DNA of 64,000 nucleotides from Nitrososphaeria archaeon (GTDB lineage Archaea > Thermoproteota > Nitrososphaeria > JACIWG01): the NCBI GenBank assembly GCA_029776065.1, contig JARVJP010000009.1:196514-260513 (forward strand), in the 5' to 3' direction. The notes under the pieces are model-generated. The model was not told where the DNA came from and ran no database searches. It saw nothing but the letters and a program-made list of their open reading frames with translations. Both the position numbers and the translations under genes were made by a program. Of this stretch, positions 29,495-39,486 are shown in pieces; the first letter of the stretch is position 1; every line of letters starts with the position of its first letter.

Positions 29495-30818
29495 GGTAAT
29501 ACGACTCGCCTTAGACGACGTAGACTCCCCAACCTATGGTTGTACAACGTTTTCCTTATCGTTGATTATAAACCAGTTAATAGAAGAAAAAGTAAAGTTC
29601 TTGGATTATCCACATCTTGTTCGCCTTAACCCCAACATCCCTTGGAAGACTAGAGGAAACGGATCTGTCTCATTAACAGTGGAACACGATGATCCAGAGC
29701 ATATCTTTAGGATTGCTAAGAAAATAGTTTACAAAAGCTATGTTGAAGCAGACAAGAAATCAACTCCTGCTATTGTTTTATTTTATGGGCAAGATCTAAA
29801 TGATGAATTAATATCATTTTCTGAAGAAGCTTTGTATAAAGTTTTAAGTGTAAAAAGAGCAAAACTTCTTCTCGAAAAATATAATTTTCTCTATAAAACT
29901 TACGGCGGCGAAATCGGTCTTGTAGGCGCATTGTCTGGGTTGTCAAATACTCTAACTGAACATACTTATGAAATAATATGCTATCGTTATCCAGAAAATT
30001 ATTTAAAGCCAAGAAAAATTGACCCCTATTCAATAATTGAGATGTCCAATAAGACCTATCCTTATACGTACAATAATTATGATCCGTTAACAAATCGGAT
30101 TCTGATTACTCCACATGGTCCTGATCCAATATTTTTTGGCATCAGAGGTCTTTTTCCGAAAATACTTGTTAAAGCTTTTAATATGCTAAAAATGGAGGAA
30201 AAACCTTCACACTATGTCATATTCAAAACAAATCAAGGAACAAACTCCCATTTAAAAACATTATTTAAGATAAAAGACATTAAACCATATTATTCTGTCA
30301 AAGTTCGAGGAAAGGTTAAAACGCGTCCTATCATAAAAGAGGGCGGACATGTATTCTTTTTATTAGAAGACGAGTCTTCAAATATCACGTGCGCAGCTTA
30401 CGAACCAACTAAATCGTTTAGAAAGATCATTCTTAACCTAAGGCCTGCTGATATAATAGAAGTTGGAGGGGGTATCCGGCCTCCAACTAAGAAAGATAAT
30501 ATGACCCTAAATATAGAGTATCTTAAAGTTCTTGAACTAGCAGAAGACCTCTCATATGAGAACCCAAAGTGTTCTAAATGTGGTCGGCACATGAAATCAA
30601 TTGGGAAAGGCAAAGGTTTTAAATGTGACAAATGCAAAATAAAATCAACTACAGCAAATAAAATAGCCATTAAAAACCCAAGAAATATAAAACATGATAT
30701 ATATCTTCCCCCTCCATCTGCCCATCGTCATCTAACTAAGCCTCTTCAATACTATAGAATAGACCTAACAAAGAACTTTCTACTTGAGAAAAACCTATTT
30801 TTTAAATCATTTAAATAA
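29478..30818 (+). CDS. tiaS: tRNA(Ile2) agmatinylcytidine synthetase
   Basis: DD.DS..GCTT, LVRLNPNIPWKTRGNG, PHGPDPIFFGIRG, TNQGT, GGHV, AAYEPT, Zn ribbon, HLTKP. Confidence 0.95.
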   Translation: MLSKNKVIRLALDDVDSPTYGCTTFSLSLIINQLIEEKVKFLDYPHLVRLNPNIPWKTRGNGSVSLTVEHDDPEHIFRIAKKIVYKSYVEADKKSTPAIVLFYGQDLNDELISFSEEALYKVLSVKRAKLLLEKYNFLYKTYGGEIGLVGALSGLSNTLTEHTYEIICYRYPENYLKPRKIDPYSIIEMSNKTYPYTYNNYDPLTNRILITPHGPDPIFFGIRGLFPKILVKAFNMLKMEEKPSHYVIFKTNQGTNSHLKTLFKIKDIKPYYSVKVRGKVKTRPIIKEGGHVFFLLEDESSNITCAAYEPTKSFRKIILNLRPADIIEVGGGIRPPTKKDNMTLNIEYLKVLELAEDLSYENPKCSKCGRHMKSIGKGKGFKCDKCKIKSTTANKIAIKNPRNIKHDIYLPPPSAHRHLTKPLQYYRIDLTKNFLLEKNLFFKSFK

Positions 30819-30867
30819 TGGGAATAGTCAAAATATTTAAAAAGAGGGACCTTTGGTCAAAAGAAAT

Positions 30868-30942
30868 AGCGAGGTGGGGAAGCTAGGTTATCCCGGCGGG
30901 CTCATAACCCGCAGATCAGTGGTTCAAATCCACTCCTCGCTA
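30868..30942 (+). tRNA. Initiator tRNA-Met(CAT)
   Basis: A1-U72 pair, GGG/CCC at base of anticodon stem, CTCATAA loop. Confidence 0.93.
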
Positions 30943-30983
30943 CTTCGCACAATTTTTTTTAAAAAGATTTTCTATTATCATGT

Positions 30984-31715
30984 TTAAAAATTATTTTGTT
31001 TTTCATGTTTAAACTTCCATGCACGCTCCAAAGCCCCCACTAAATTGGTTAACAACTTAAATGGATCCTTTGATTCACAAATTGCCCTAGCCGCCCCTGT
31101 TCCATCCGCTCCAAGTTCTATGATTCTAATAATGTCCTCTTCCGTAGCCACTCCCCCTCCAAGAAGGATGTAAATGTCTTTATTCACTTTTTTTGTTATC
31201 TTAACAGATTGAATTGCGAAACTCTCCTGTTCCCTTGCAACAGATCTAAGTGTTCCTATCAAATCAGGAGGTTCGGGTACAATTATATCTGGTTTTAATA
31301 TGGCAAGAGCCCCTGCCGCATTAGGCGTATCGCACGCGACTATAGAAATTAAGTCAACTTCTTTTGCTCTTCTAATTGTTTTTTCTATTTTTGTAAGTGA
31401 AAGCTTACGTTCTGTATGATTAATGAAAACACCGGTTGCTCCTGCATCTTTTACTGCTTCAGGTAGAATAAAACCTGTTCCACGACCAGGTCTTAAAGCA
31501 TCCATGTATGGAGCAAAAACAGGAATTTCGACCTCTTTAGCAATAACTGGTACGTCTGTTAACTGGGGCATAACATAAAGATAACTATCTGTGTCTTTTG
31601 CAACTTTATCTATTATCTTAGAGATCTTTAAAGCTCTCTCACCCCATATATATGACTTAAAATTGACTCCAAATATTGGCGCATGCAACTTTGAAGTAGA
31701 CTTATTTTTTGTCAT
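30984..31715 (-). CDS. tpiA: Archaeal-type triosephosphate isomerase (divergent)
   Basis: NFKSY, TG..LPEA, NHTE, EPPDLIGT. Confidence 0.8.
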   Translation of the reverse strand: MTKNKSTSKLHAPIFGVNFKSYIWGERALKISKIIDKVAKDTDSYLYVMPQLTDVPVIAKEVEIPVFAPYMDALRPGRGTGFILPEAVKDAGATGVFINHTERKLSLTKIEKTIRRAKEVDLISIVACDTPNAAGALAILKPDIIVPEPPDLIGTLRSVAREQESFAIQSVKITKKVNKDIYILLGGGVATEEDIIRIIELGADGTGAARAICESKDPFKLLTNLVGALERAWKFKHEKQNNF

Positions 31716-31782
31716 AATTCATCTATAAAGAATTTTAATTTATTTATAAAGATTTATAATATTGGCAAACAAAAAAGAGTCG

Positions 31783-32364
31783 TTAAATACCTATTAGTGA
31801 TTCAATACTTTTTCCCATTGAATTTTCAATTTCTCTTTTAAATTGAAGTATTCTAAGGTTTGTTTCATTTCCTTTTCCAAGCATTGATTCAAACTTTTCT
31901 AATGTTACCGATAGTGGCTTAATTTGATTGTCTTCTACATATTTGTCTGCTATACAGACTATTTTTTCTTCTAAGGTAGATGGAATAAAATCTCTTTCCG
32001 GCATTCCAAATTTAGTAGCATCTAGTTTACTTATTCCCCCACCAACATGTCTCTCAACTATCTTAACTATTGCCTCATCATATCCTCCTTTTCTTAAAAT
32101 TTCGCCACCTAAAAAACCATGTCTAACTGAGTGTTCTTTCGAACGTCCTATATCATGTAAAATAGATCCTTTAATAACTTCTATGTCATTGACTTTGATC
32201 CCTGATCTTTCCAAAGCATTAACAATCCTTTGTGAAATTTTTGTGACTAAAATACAATGATCTATTATGTATCGATTACATCCGTGTTTTTTAAGTTCTT
32301 CTATCCCATCTGATATTAATGTGTACGCTTTTCTAATTCTTCTTCTATTTGCTTTATTTTCCAT
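31783..32364 (-). CDS. HDIG-domain phosphohydrolase
   Basis: HC, LHDIGRS, HG..G, ERHVGGG, EEKIVCIADK; true start uncertain. Confidence 0.85.
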   Translation of the reverse strand: MENKANRRRIRKAYTLISDGIEELKKHGCNRYIIDHCILVTKISQRIVNALERSGIKVNDIEVIKGSILHDIGRSKEHSVRHGFLGGEILRKGGYDEAIVKIVERHVGGGISKLDATKFGMPERDFIPSTLEEKIVCIADKYVEDNQIKPLSVTLEKFESMLGKGNETNLRILQFKREIENSMGKSIESLIGI

Positions 32365-32834
32365 TTTAAAGTCTCTTTAAATTCTTCATCTTTTATAAGA
32401 TTTAATGTTTTTCCACATCTTGGGCATTTAAACAAGTTTTCCATTGCTTCGACAAAAGGCATCTTCTTACATCCCACTGTTCCACAGTAATAAAATTCAT
32501 TCGTTTCTTCATATTCAAGCCTTTGCTTTAACTTTTCCAAGATCTTCCGTTTTTGGCTCTCAATAAAACTATCAGTTTGATCCCTACGTGCTTGCCATCT
32601 ATAAACAAACCATCCTTTCTTAGGGTCTCTTACTCTTATTCCTGATATAAGAGAATGGCCAAAGAGATCATATAATACGCGCCTAACAATGTTTATTTTA
32701 AGTCCTGTTGCACTTGCAATTTCTTCATCAGTAGCATTTTCATTATTTAGAAGAGCTCGTGCTACTCTAATATACTCCTCAGCTCCTAAAAGGCTTGCTG
32801 CTTTTACAAAGGAATCTTCATATTCAACTTTCAA
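32316..32834 (-). CDS. tfe: Transcription factor E alpha
   Basis: TDEEIA...G.....VRR.LY.L, GWFVYRW, F.EAMENLFKCPRCG. Confidence 0.93.
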   Translation of the reverse strand: MKVEYEDSFVKAASLLGAEEYIRVARALLNNENATDEEIASATGLKINIVRRVLYDLFGHSLISGIRVRDPKKGWFVYRWQARRDQTDSFIESQKRKILEKLKQRLEYEETNEFYYCGTVGCKKMPFVEAMENLFKCPRCGKTLNLIKDEEFKETLKWKIKQIEEELEKRTH

Positions 32835-33357
32835 TTACTTTCTTCCCCCTCTCCGTTGGCACAATAGTTAATTTGGCATCACTAAATTTTAAACCTATCT
32901 CTTTTCCCATATAAAATCGGTCTAAAAAGATCGCTAAAGCTGCAACTTCTGAATGAGGTTGATTTGTTATTGAAACATTAAAATCACTTAGTGTATAAAG
33001 TTCTTTAGGAACTTTTTCTGCTCCTATTACAACCAACTTCTTTCTCTTATCTTTTCTTATTTCATCTATTATTAAATCTACTGGTATTCCATACATTGTG
33101 AGGTGCACTATGATACCTTCTGTCTCCTTCCACTTTAATATAATTTCCTTCCAGTTTTTTTCAATGATTTGTGTTTCAAAGGGTCCTCCCCACATTTCTG
33201 TTACTTCATCAATTTTTTGTTTGATATCCTTTTCTATGCCAATAAATAAAATTCCTTTCGCTCCAAAAGCTCTGGCTACTAATCCAACATGAGTTGTAAT
33301 TCTTTTGTCACGTTCTGTTCGATGTCCCAGCCTGAGTACATATATTTCTTCTCGCAT
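32824..33357 (-). CDS. trm56: tRNA (cytidine56-2'-O)-methyltransferase
   Basis: LRLGHR.ERDKRITTHVGLVARAFGA, HLTMYG, GAEKVP, QPHSEVAALAIFLD. Confidence 0.95.
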   Translation of the reverse strand: MREEIYVLRLGHRTERDKRITTHVGLVARAFGAKGILFIGIEKDIKQKIDEVTEMWGGPFETQIIEKNWKEIILKWKETEGIIVHLTMYGIPVDLIIDEIRKDKRKKLVVIGAEKVPKELYTLSDFNVSITNQPHSEVAALAIFLDRFYMGKEIGLKFSDAKLTIVPTERGKKVIES

Positions 33358-34594
33358 ATTCAAGGTAAGCTTCAAATCTCTTTAAAACAGTTTTTCTTGC
33401 TATAACCTCAAGTAATAGGTAATTTTCAAGTTTTGTAGTTTTTGTTTTTGAATATTGTTTTAACCAATCCAAATTATTTGAAATTAAAGGTATGATAGAA
33501 TATTCAATGGCATATTCTTTCCGTTCCTCCCCAATTTTAAATTTAATCATTTTGAGTAATTCATCAATTCCATAGCCTGTTTTCGATGAGACAACAACAA
33601 AATAATCAAGTTTTTCACCTCTGAAGTATTCTTCAACTTCACCTATTTTGTTTTCAGATACTAAATCTTGTTTGTTTAAGACGATTACTACATCACTTAT
33701 TTCTATCCCCAATTCTTGTAAAATATTAAGGGAAGTCACATACTTTCTTTTTACTTCCTCGATCGGTTCACTTATATCAACTATTAATAGGACAACGTCA
33801 GCAAATTTTAACTCTTCTAGAGTTGATTTAAAAGCCTCTATCATATATGGTGGAATCTTTCTGATAAATCCTACGGTGTCAGAAATTAGAACATCTTTTC
33901 CACCTAAAACTCTTCTTGTAGTGGTTCTCAATGTAGTGAAAATTCGTTCTGAAACCGGAAGATTCTCCCCAGTTAAGAAATTAAAAAGTGAAGTCTTTCC
34001 CGCACCAGTGTATCCAGACAAAGATACTAACGGAATTCCCTTTTCTTCTCTTTGGGTTCGTTGAACCTTTCTTTGTTGTCTTATTTTAATCAACTTTCTG
34101 TTTAAGGATCCTATTTGCCTTTTGATTTGATTAATATAAACATCTACCTCATACTCTCCTAACCCAAAGAACCCTGGTTGTTCACCCATTTTTTCAAGTC
34201 TAACTTTGTCCTTTGCCCTTACCAATTCGTATCGTTGTTCCGCCAATTTTATCTGAAGTTTTGCTTCCCTTGTTAAAGCATGCTTTGTAAAAATTTGAAG
34301 AATTAATCTTTCTCTATCAATAATTTCTTTTTTCAAGACCTTTGCAAGGTTATATGCTTGGGTGCTACGTATTGTTTCATCAAAGATAACCTTGTCAATT
34401 TGTTGTTTTTCAATTATAGATATCAACTCTTCTAGTTTGCCTTTTCCTAAGCCATATTTTGCTCTTTTAAGATATCTTTGAGTTAATACGTCAACGACGT
34501 TATAACCTGCTGTAGTCGCTAGAGCTATAGCTTCTTTAATTATGTGCTGCTCTGGGTATGTAATAAGAACTACTTTTTCTCTCTCTGCTGTCAT
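33308..34594 (-). CDS. hflX: GTPase HflX
   Basis: GKGKLEE, IDR..LIL.IF, GYTGAGKTSLFN, FTTL.TTTR, DTVGFI, NKQD. Confidence 0.93.
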   Translation of the reverse strand: MTAEREKVVLITYPEQHIIKEAIALATTAGYNVVDVLTQRYLKRAKYGLGKGKLEELISIIEKQQIDKVIFDETIRSTQAYNLAKVLKKEIIDRERLILQIFTKHALTREAKLQIKLAEQRYELVRAKDKVRLEKMGEQPGFFGLGEYEVDVYINQIKRQIGSLNRKLIKIRQQRKVQRTQREEKGIPLVSLSGYTGAGKTSLFNFLTGENLPVSERIFTTLRTTTRRVLGGKDVLISDTVGFIRKIPPYMIEAFKSTLEELKFADVVLLIVDISEPIEEVKRKYVTSLNILQELGIEISDVVIVLNKQDLVSENKIGEVEEYFRGEKLDYFVVVSSKTGYGIDELLKMIKFKIGEERKEYAIEYSIIPLISNNLDWLKQYSKTKTTKLENYLLLEVIARKTVLKRFEAYLEYARRNICTQAGTSNRT

Positions 34595-34987
34595 TTATTC
34601 ATCCTCTGATGTTGTAAACAAGGTGATTTTAAGTGCTCTTTCTAACTTTTTACCAATTAACATGTTTGGCTTCATTCTTCCAGATTCAATAAGTTTAATC
34701 ACAGAAGCCTTCTCCTTGATTTTTTGTGCTAAATCATCTTGCGATAGTCCCATACGCTCCCTTGCTTTCTTTATTGTTGTTGCATAGTCTAAAATGACTT
34801 CCATGTCATCAATGTTTATTCGTTCTATCTTAGGTGAACTAGTTTTTACAAGTTTACTTTTCGGTTTTTCCTTCACTTCTCTTTCTGCTAAAATGGCACA
34901 ATGGCTACATACTTCGAGTATTGAGCCATCTATCATGACTCTTTTTAATCTTCCTTCAATCCTTCTTCCGCAAATTTCGCAATTCAT
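34595..34987 (-). CDS. mbf1: Multiprotein bridging factor aMBF1
   Basis: CEICG..VC..C Zn ribbon plus HTH ARERMGLSQDDLA..IKLIESGRMKP. Confidence 0.93.
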   Translation of the reverse strand: MNCEICGRRIEGRLKRVMIDGSILEVCSHCAILAEREVKEKPKSKLVKTSSPKIERINIDDMEVILDYATTIKKARERMGLSQDDLAQKIKEKASVIKLIESGRMKPNMLIGKKLERALKITLFTTSEDE

Positions 34988-35042
34988 ATCTTGTTACCTC
35001 AAAAACTTTAAGTCAATCACTATTTTAAGAAGTGATGCTGGC

Positions 35043-35483
35043 ATGCGTAAACTAAAAGATCTCCCCTATATATTAAATTATATTTATGGTGACTCTGTTG
35101 GAGAATTATTGGATCTTAAGAACTTCAAACCACTGATTTCTAAGAGAACTGGTAAAGTAAAGCAATTATTCTATAAAGAGAAACTTTTTGCTACTTTTCG
35201 TCCTAATGGTAGTTTTGCACCTACTCCTCAAACATATAATGTTCTTTCAAAAAAAATGAAGAATAATGTTGTGACGGTTAAGGATGATGCTCTCCCACAT
35301 ATAAGAAAAGGATCCTCCATTTTTGTTCAGAATATAAAACAGATTGGAAAAAACATTCACGTTGGATCAGATGTTTTTATACTTGATTCAAAAGGGAATC
35401 TTATTGGTTTGGGTAAATCAACAATTTCTTCAAAACAAATAAAACATTTTAAATCGGGGTTGTGTGTAAAAAATAGGGGGTAA
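35043..35483 (+). CDS. PUA-domain protein (archaeosine TGT C-terminal-like)
   Basis: SKRTGKVKQ, ATFRP.G, G.SIF..I, G.DV.I.D..G.LIGLG; ORF-track 5' extension is antisense to mbf1. Confidence 0.75.
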   Translation: MRKLKDLPYILNYIYGDSVGELLDLKNFKPLISKRTGKVKQLFYKEKLFATFRPNGSFAPTPQTYNVLSKKMKNNVVTVKDDALPHIRKGSSIFVQNIKQIGKNIHVGSDVFILDSKGNLIGLGKSTISSKQIKHFKSGLCVKNRG

Positions 35484-35487
35484 AAGG

Positions 35488-35829
35488 ATGAGCTTCAGAT
35501 TAAGCCAGAGAGATGCAAAAAGGATGATGGACAAACTCGGTTTAGCGATGAAAGAAATTCCTGGCGTTAAAGAAGTTATCATAAGGTCTATTGACAAGGA
35601 TATTATAATCCGAGGCCCCTCTGTTTCTCAAGTTAATGCCCAAGGTATGCAAATCTTCCAAGTTATGGGCGGCTCAATTGAAGAACAAAGTGTGACCAAG
35701 AAGTATAATGAAGAAGACATTTTGCTTATAGCGCAACAAACAGGTGTTACAAAAGAAGTCGCTGAAGAAGCTCTTAAAGAATCTGAGGGAGATCTTGCCC
35801 GAGCTATTCTAAAGTTGTCTTCTAAGTAA
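35488..35829 (+). CDS. nac: Nascent polypeptide-associated complex protein
   Basis: RMMDKLG, V.EVII, FQV.G, EEDI.LIAQQTGV..E.A..AL....GDLARAI. Confidence 0.93.
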   Translation: MSFRLSQRDAKRMMDKLGLAMKEIPGVKEVIIRSIDKDIIIRGPSVSQVNAQGMQIFQVMGGSIEEQSVTKKYNEEDILLIAQQTGVTKEVAEEALKESEGDLARAILKLSSK

Positions 35830-36387
35830 TTATCTTTTAACGAAAAGGAATATTCTAGTATTTCCTTGAAGTTCCTCAATTATCCTTTTAGTTATTAACT
35901 TTACAACATCCCTCAATCCACATCTTTTGTTTATGTCATCAAAAGAAACAAAAGGTTTTTTCTCCCTCTCATTCAGTATTTGCATCATATATGTTTTCCC
36001 AATCCCTGGTATTAATTCTAAACTATGTAGTCTAGGTGTGACTGGTAGGGCTTCATTAAAATATTTAACAAATCTTTGCTCGTTAGCTAAAACCAATTTC
36101 TCACAAACATATGTAAGTTCATTTCTTGCGTTTGGTGAGAGATCTTCAAAGTTGAGTCTTCCAAGAACACTTATTATTTTTTTTCTTCCCTCTTTCCCTA
36201 TATATATTCTCTCTCCTACCTCATAGATGACATTGTTCATCGACAAAATCTCTAGGAGTATTAGATTTTCTTCCCCTATAGCTTGTACTATAGGTCCTTC
36301 TCTACCTTTTATTACAACAGATCTTCCATTAGGGATAAAATCTAGTAGATAAGCGTATTCTTCAAATTTTCTTTCTCTAAAGGTAAT
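35830..36387 (-). CDS. DUF655 family (HhH) protein
   Basis: In-frame upstream EEYAYLLDF..G..QAIGE...LLE; RLHSLELIPGIGK..ER.KKPF.SF; follows rpo4; start appears to be ATT 36387. Confidence 0.85.
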   Translation of the reverse strand: MTFRERKFEEYAYLLDFIPNGRSVVIKGREGPIVQAIGEENLILLEILSMNNVIYEVGERIYIGKEGRKKIISVLGRLNFEDLSPNARNELTYVCEKLVLANEQRFVKYFNEALPVTPRLHSLELIPGIGKTYMMQILNEREKKPFVSFDDINKRCGLRDVVKLITKRIIEELQGNTRIFLFVKR

Positions 36388-36389
36388 AT

Positions 36390-36740
36390 TTACTCACCTT
36401 TACTTTTTTCTTCATTAATAATACTCAAAATTAAATTTTTCTTTTCAGTAGAGAAGATCTTCCTCCAACCTGCGATAAGAGCGTTTAATTCACCAATTGA
36501 AGTAGGTAAAATGTTTATAACTTCTATCGCTTCTTCCTCAGTTAATCCAGATTCATTAATAAGTCTATTTTTAATTTTGACTGCAGTTTTAGCATCGACT
36601 TTTGTGAATTTTGTTAGATAATCAATAGTTCTCTTTTGAATTTGATCTGCTTCTTCGACATTTACCTTTTCCAAAATCTCTTTAGCCTCAGCCATTGTTA
36701 TAGGTCTTTTAACCATCTCCTTCTTCTCCAATGATTTCAC
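36390..36740 (-). CDS. rpo4: RNA polymerase subunit F (Rpo4)
   Basis: IT.AEAKEIL, IQKRTIDYL.KF.K, A.EVINILP; rpl21e-rpo4-DUF655 synteny. Confidence 0.9.
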   Translation of the reverse strand: MKSLEKKEMVKRPITMAEAKEILEKVNVEEADQIQKRTIDYLTKFTKVDAKTAVKIKNRLINESGLTEEEAIEVINILPTSIGELNALIAGWRKIFSTEKKNLILSIINEEKSKGE

Positions 36741-36741
36741 C

Positions 36742-37029
36742 TTATGCAGATAAAGGTTTCACGTGCTCTAGCCTAGCAATAATTTTTTTAGTTTTATCTC
36801 CAACTTTAACATTGACCAAGAGTGCTCTCTTCATAACCTTCTCTACTACTCCAACTTTTCCATGATACCTTCTATGAGGCATTCCTTTAACTACTGAGGG
36901 GTTAATTTTTATTACAACTTTATCATTTACATTATAATTTCTTAATAAGTAGGATATTCCTTGCTCATCATTGGAGTCCTTAGTTAGCAGGCTCCTTGTC
37001 TTCTTTCTATATCCTCTTGATCTAGGCAT
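36742..37029 (-). CDS. rpl21e: 50S ribosomal protein L21e
   Basis: SRGYRKKTR, GMPHRRYHGKVG, RLEHVKP. Confidence 0.96.
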   Translation of the reverse strand: MPRSRGYRKKTRSLLTKDSNDEQGISYLLRNYNVNDKVVIKINPSVVKGMPHRRYHGKVGVVEKVMKRALLVNVKVGDKTKKIIARLEHVKPLSA

Positions 37030-37075
37030 TTATGCCCCCATCCATCTGCTTTATCTTATGTAATATAGTTTTATC

Positions 37076-37903
37076 TTAAATATCTTTTTTTTCTAATTTA
37101 TCCGTTCTAATAATCTTAAATTCTTCCCTTGATAATCTTTTGATTTCAGAGAGAACAATCTTATTTAAGTCTATACGATCATCTATCTGTCTTCTTTTTT
37201 TTGGATGAATAACTTTGATTAAGAAAGGCATCTCCAAATGTAATGCACCTTCAACGCCCATTATTATCACCTTCGCATCTTCTGCTTTAAAGTAAGTAAT
37301 AAAAAACTCTTTAATTGTTTTTTTAACTTCAACAGTTTCCTCCTTTACGAAATATCTTCCTGAATAAAATATTGGGCTAGTGATTATTTTTATTTCAAGT
37401 TCATCATTAAACGGTTCAAATATAATCTTTATGTCAGGATCAGAAAAATTAGTTTCTTTTCTTAAGTGTTCATTTAATTTTAATCCTACTTCCCGAACTA
37501 TTTCCTTGCGAAGGTTTTCCCCCCTCAGTTTGAACTTAGACTTAACCTTTTCTTCCTTTTCTATTAAGTTGATTGGAATCTTAACTCCACATAGAAAATT
37601 TTCAAATTCATACCCTTCTAACACATCTATTAACTTAATTACAATATCATCTGTTTTACTAAAAATATTTCCACATAAATCGCACTTTTGTTCTTCCATA
37701 ATGTCGAGAAGATCTTTCCAAGTGTATCCTTCTCTTTTTTTGCCTTTAATTCTGGTCATTGCAAAAAACTTTAGTAATACACCCTTCTCAGAATTTGAGA
37801 GTTCTGGTCTAAATTTAGGAAATTGTCTGCCTAAACATTTATCACACATATGAATTTCTCTTAAGATTTTTTCTGCTAAAGTAACCTCTCTTAGAGTCTT
37901 CAT
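37076..37903 (-). CDS. Pus10-like protein, N-terminal Zn/THUMP region with degenerate, truncated catalytic domain
   Basis: CDKCLGRQF, CDLC, F.NF..G, E.LRKEI.RE.G, PD, GRY; no GRED motif; 275 aa. Confidence 0.75.
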   Translation of the reverse strand: MKTLREVTLAEKILREIHMCDKCLGRQFPKFRPELSNSEKGVLLKFFAMTRIKGKKREGYTWKDLLDIMEEQKCDLCGNIFSKTDDIVIKLIDVLEGYEFENFLCGVKIPINLIEKEEKVKSKFKLRGENLRKEIVREVGLKLNEHLRKETNFSDPDIKIIFEPFNDELEIKIITSPIFYSGRYFVKEETVEVKKTIKEFFITYFKAEDAKVIIMGVEGALHLEMPFLIKVIHPKKRRQIDDRIDLNKIVLSEIKRLSREEFKIIRTDKLEKKDI

Positions 37904-37908
37904 ATACT

Positions 37909-39225
37909 TTACCTAGCAAACCCTCTTAAGAATTTACCCTTAGTTCTTTTCATAACAACCTTCATGTCATTATATTGCTTTATCATCTCTTTGATCTCCT
38001 TCTCATTTACACCGGACCCAATAGCAATTCTTTTTATCCTTGATGCATTTAATAATTCTGGGTTTTGCCTCTCTTCCTTAGTCATTGATTGTATAACAAA
38101 CCTCCATTTTTCTAATCTTTCCTCAAGTTTGTCTGCATCTATTTTATCACTAAGCTCAGGCATTCCGGGTATTAATTCTAGAAGTTTCTTAATTGATCCA
38201 AACTTCTTAAGTTGCGATAACTGTTCGTAAAGGTCATCTATTGTCATTTTACCTGACATTAGTCTACGCACTCTTGATTCATCTGGTTCAATTTCTGCTT
38301 GTTTAACGCGTTCTAAGATGGCTTTTACATCTCCTAATCCTAAAAGCCTGCTAACAAAACGCTCTGGTACGAATCTTTCAATATCGTCTAACCCTTCTCC
38401 TGTACTTATGAAAAGGATTTTTGCTTGCGTTGAAGCAGCAGCTGCTATGGCTCCACCACCCTTTGCTGCTCCATCCAACTTTGTTATCACGATACCACCA
38501 ATCGGAGTTGCATCATGGAATGCTTTTGCTTGGGTAAAGCTTTGTTGGCCAATAGTTCCATCTATAACGAGAAGTACTAATTGAGGATTAATCTTAGAAT
38601 TTATTTCCTTCATTTCTTCAATTAATTCTCTTTCTTCCTTATGCCTCCCAGCGGTATCAACTATCACAATATTTTTAGTACTCTCAAAATGTTTCTTTCC
38701 CTCTATTGCTATTTTTATTGATTTTTTTTCATTTGGCATTCCAAATACATCGACTTTTCCTCTTTCACACATGGTTTTCAGTTGATCATATGCTCCTGGT
38801 CTAAATGTGTCTGCACATACGACTCCTACTTTGTATCCATCTTTTTGAAGGTATTTTCCTAGCTTTGCTGCAAATGTTGTTTTACCTGATCCTTGTATAC
38901 CAACTAAAAGGATGGTGTTACAAATATTTCTTGGAAATTCGATTTTGCTTTCAGTTCCTAGTATTTTTACAAGTTCATTATAAAGTAAGTTAATAATGTA
39001 ATCCCTCTTAGATAAACCTGCAGGAATATCACTTTTCAGGGCTTCTTTTTCAATTTTGGAGGTAACCTCTAAAACTATTTTCACATTTACGTCTGCTTGG
39101 AGCAGAGCTCTTTGGACATCTCGAATAAATTCTTTTACTGCTTTCTCATTAACTATATCGCTATAGATTAACTTTTTTATCGCATTTCTCAACCCTTCTT
39201 TTAATTGGTCTAGCAAAAATGTCAC
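37909..39225 (-). CDS. srp54: Signal recognition particle protein SRP54
   Basis: ALLQADVN, GIQGSGKTT, DTFRPGA, DTAGRH, TKLDG.AKGGG, M domain SMT..ER..P. Confidence 0.97.
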   Translation of the reverse strand: MTFLLDQLKEGLRNAIKKLIYSDIVNEKAVKEFIRDVQRALLQADVNVKIVLEVTSKIEKEALKSDIPAGLSKRDYIINLLYNELVKILGTESKIEFPRNICNTILLVGIQGSGKTTFAAKLGKYLQKDGYKVGVVCADTFRPGAYDQLKTMCERGKVDVFGMPNEKKSIKIAIEGKKHFESTKNIVIVDTAGRHKEERELIEEMKEINSKINPQLVLLVIDGTIGQQSFTQAKAFHDATPIGGIVITKLDGAAKGGGAIAAAASTQAKILFISTGEGLDDIERFVPERFVSRLLGLGDVKAILERVKQAEIEPDESRVRRLMSGKMTIDDLYEQLSQLKKFGSIKKLLELIPGMPELSDKIDADKLEERLEKWRFVIQSMTKEERQNPELLNASRIKRIAIGSGVNEKEIKEMIKQYNDMKVVMKRTKGKFLRGFAR

Positions 39226-39486
39226 CTTAATTTAGAGTTAACAATTTTTTTGCTCATCGAACACTTATGGTTCTTACCTTTATAAATAGCATTGAGCATA
39301 TTAATAGCATATTTTCCTATATTTATCAACAAAAATGTCACTTCTCTTTCTATAATGGCATTTACGCAAGATTTAATTCTTTTAATTTACAGCTCTATTT
39401 ATTAATTATTATTAAATCGTTGAAGACTAATTAATTTTATATAGATATATATTTATATTCATAGATAATAGTGCGGGTGGAAGTTT

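Noticed and set aside
34794-35042. 5' extension of the PUA ORF and of the map ORF (62148-62252)
   Set aside because: They overlap mbf1 or coaD on the opposite strand and lack family similarity; downstream ATGs fit better
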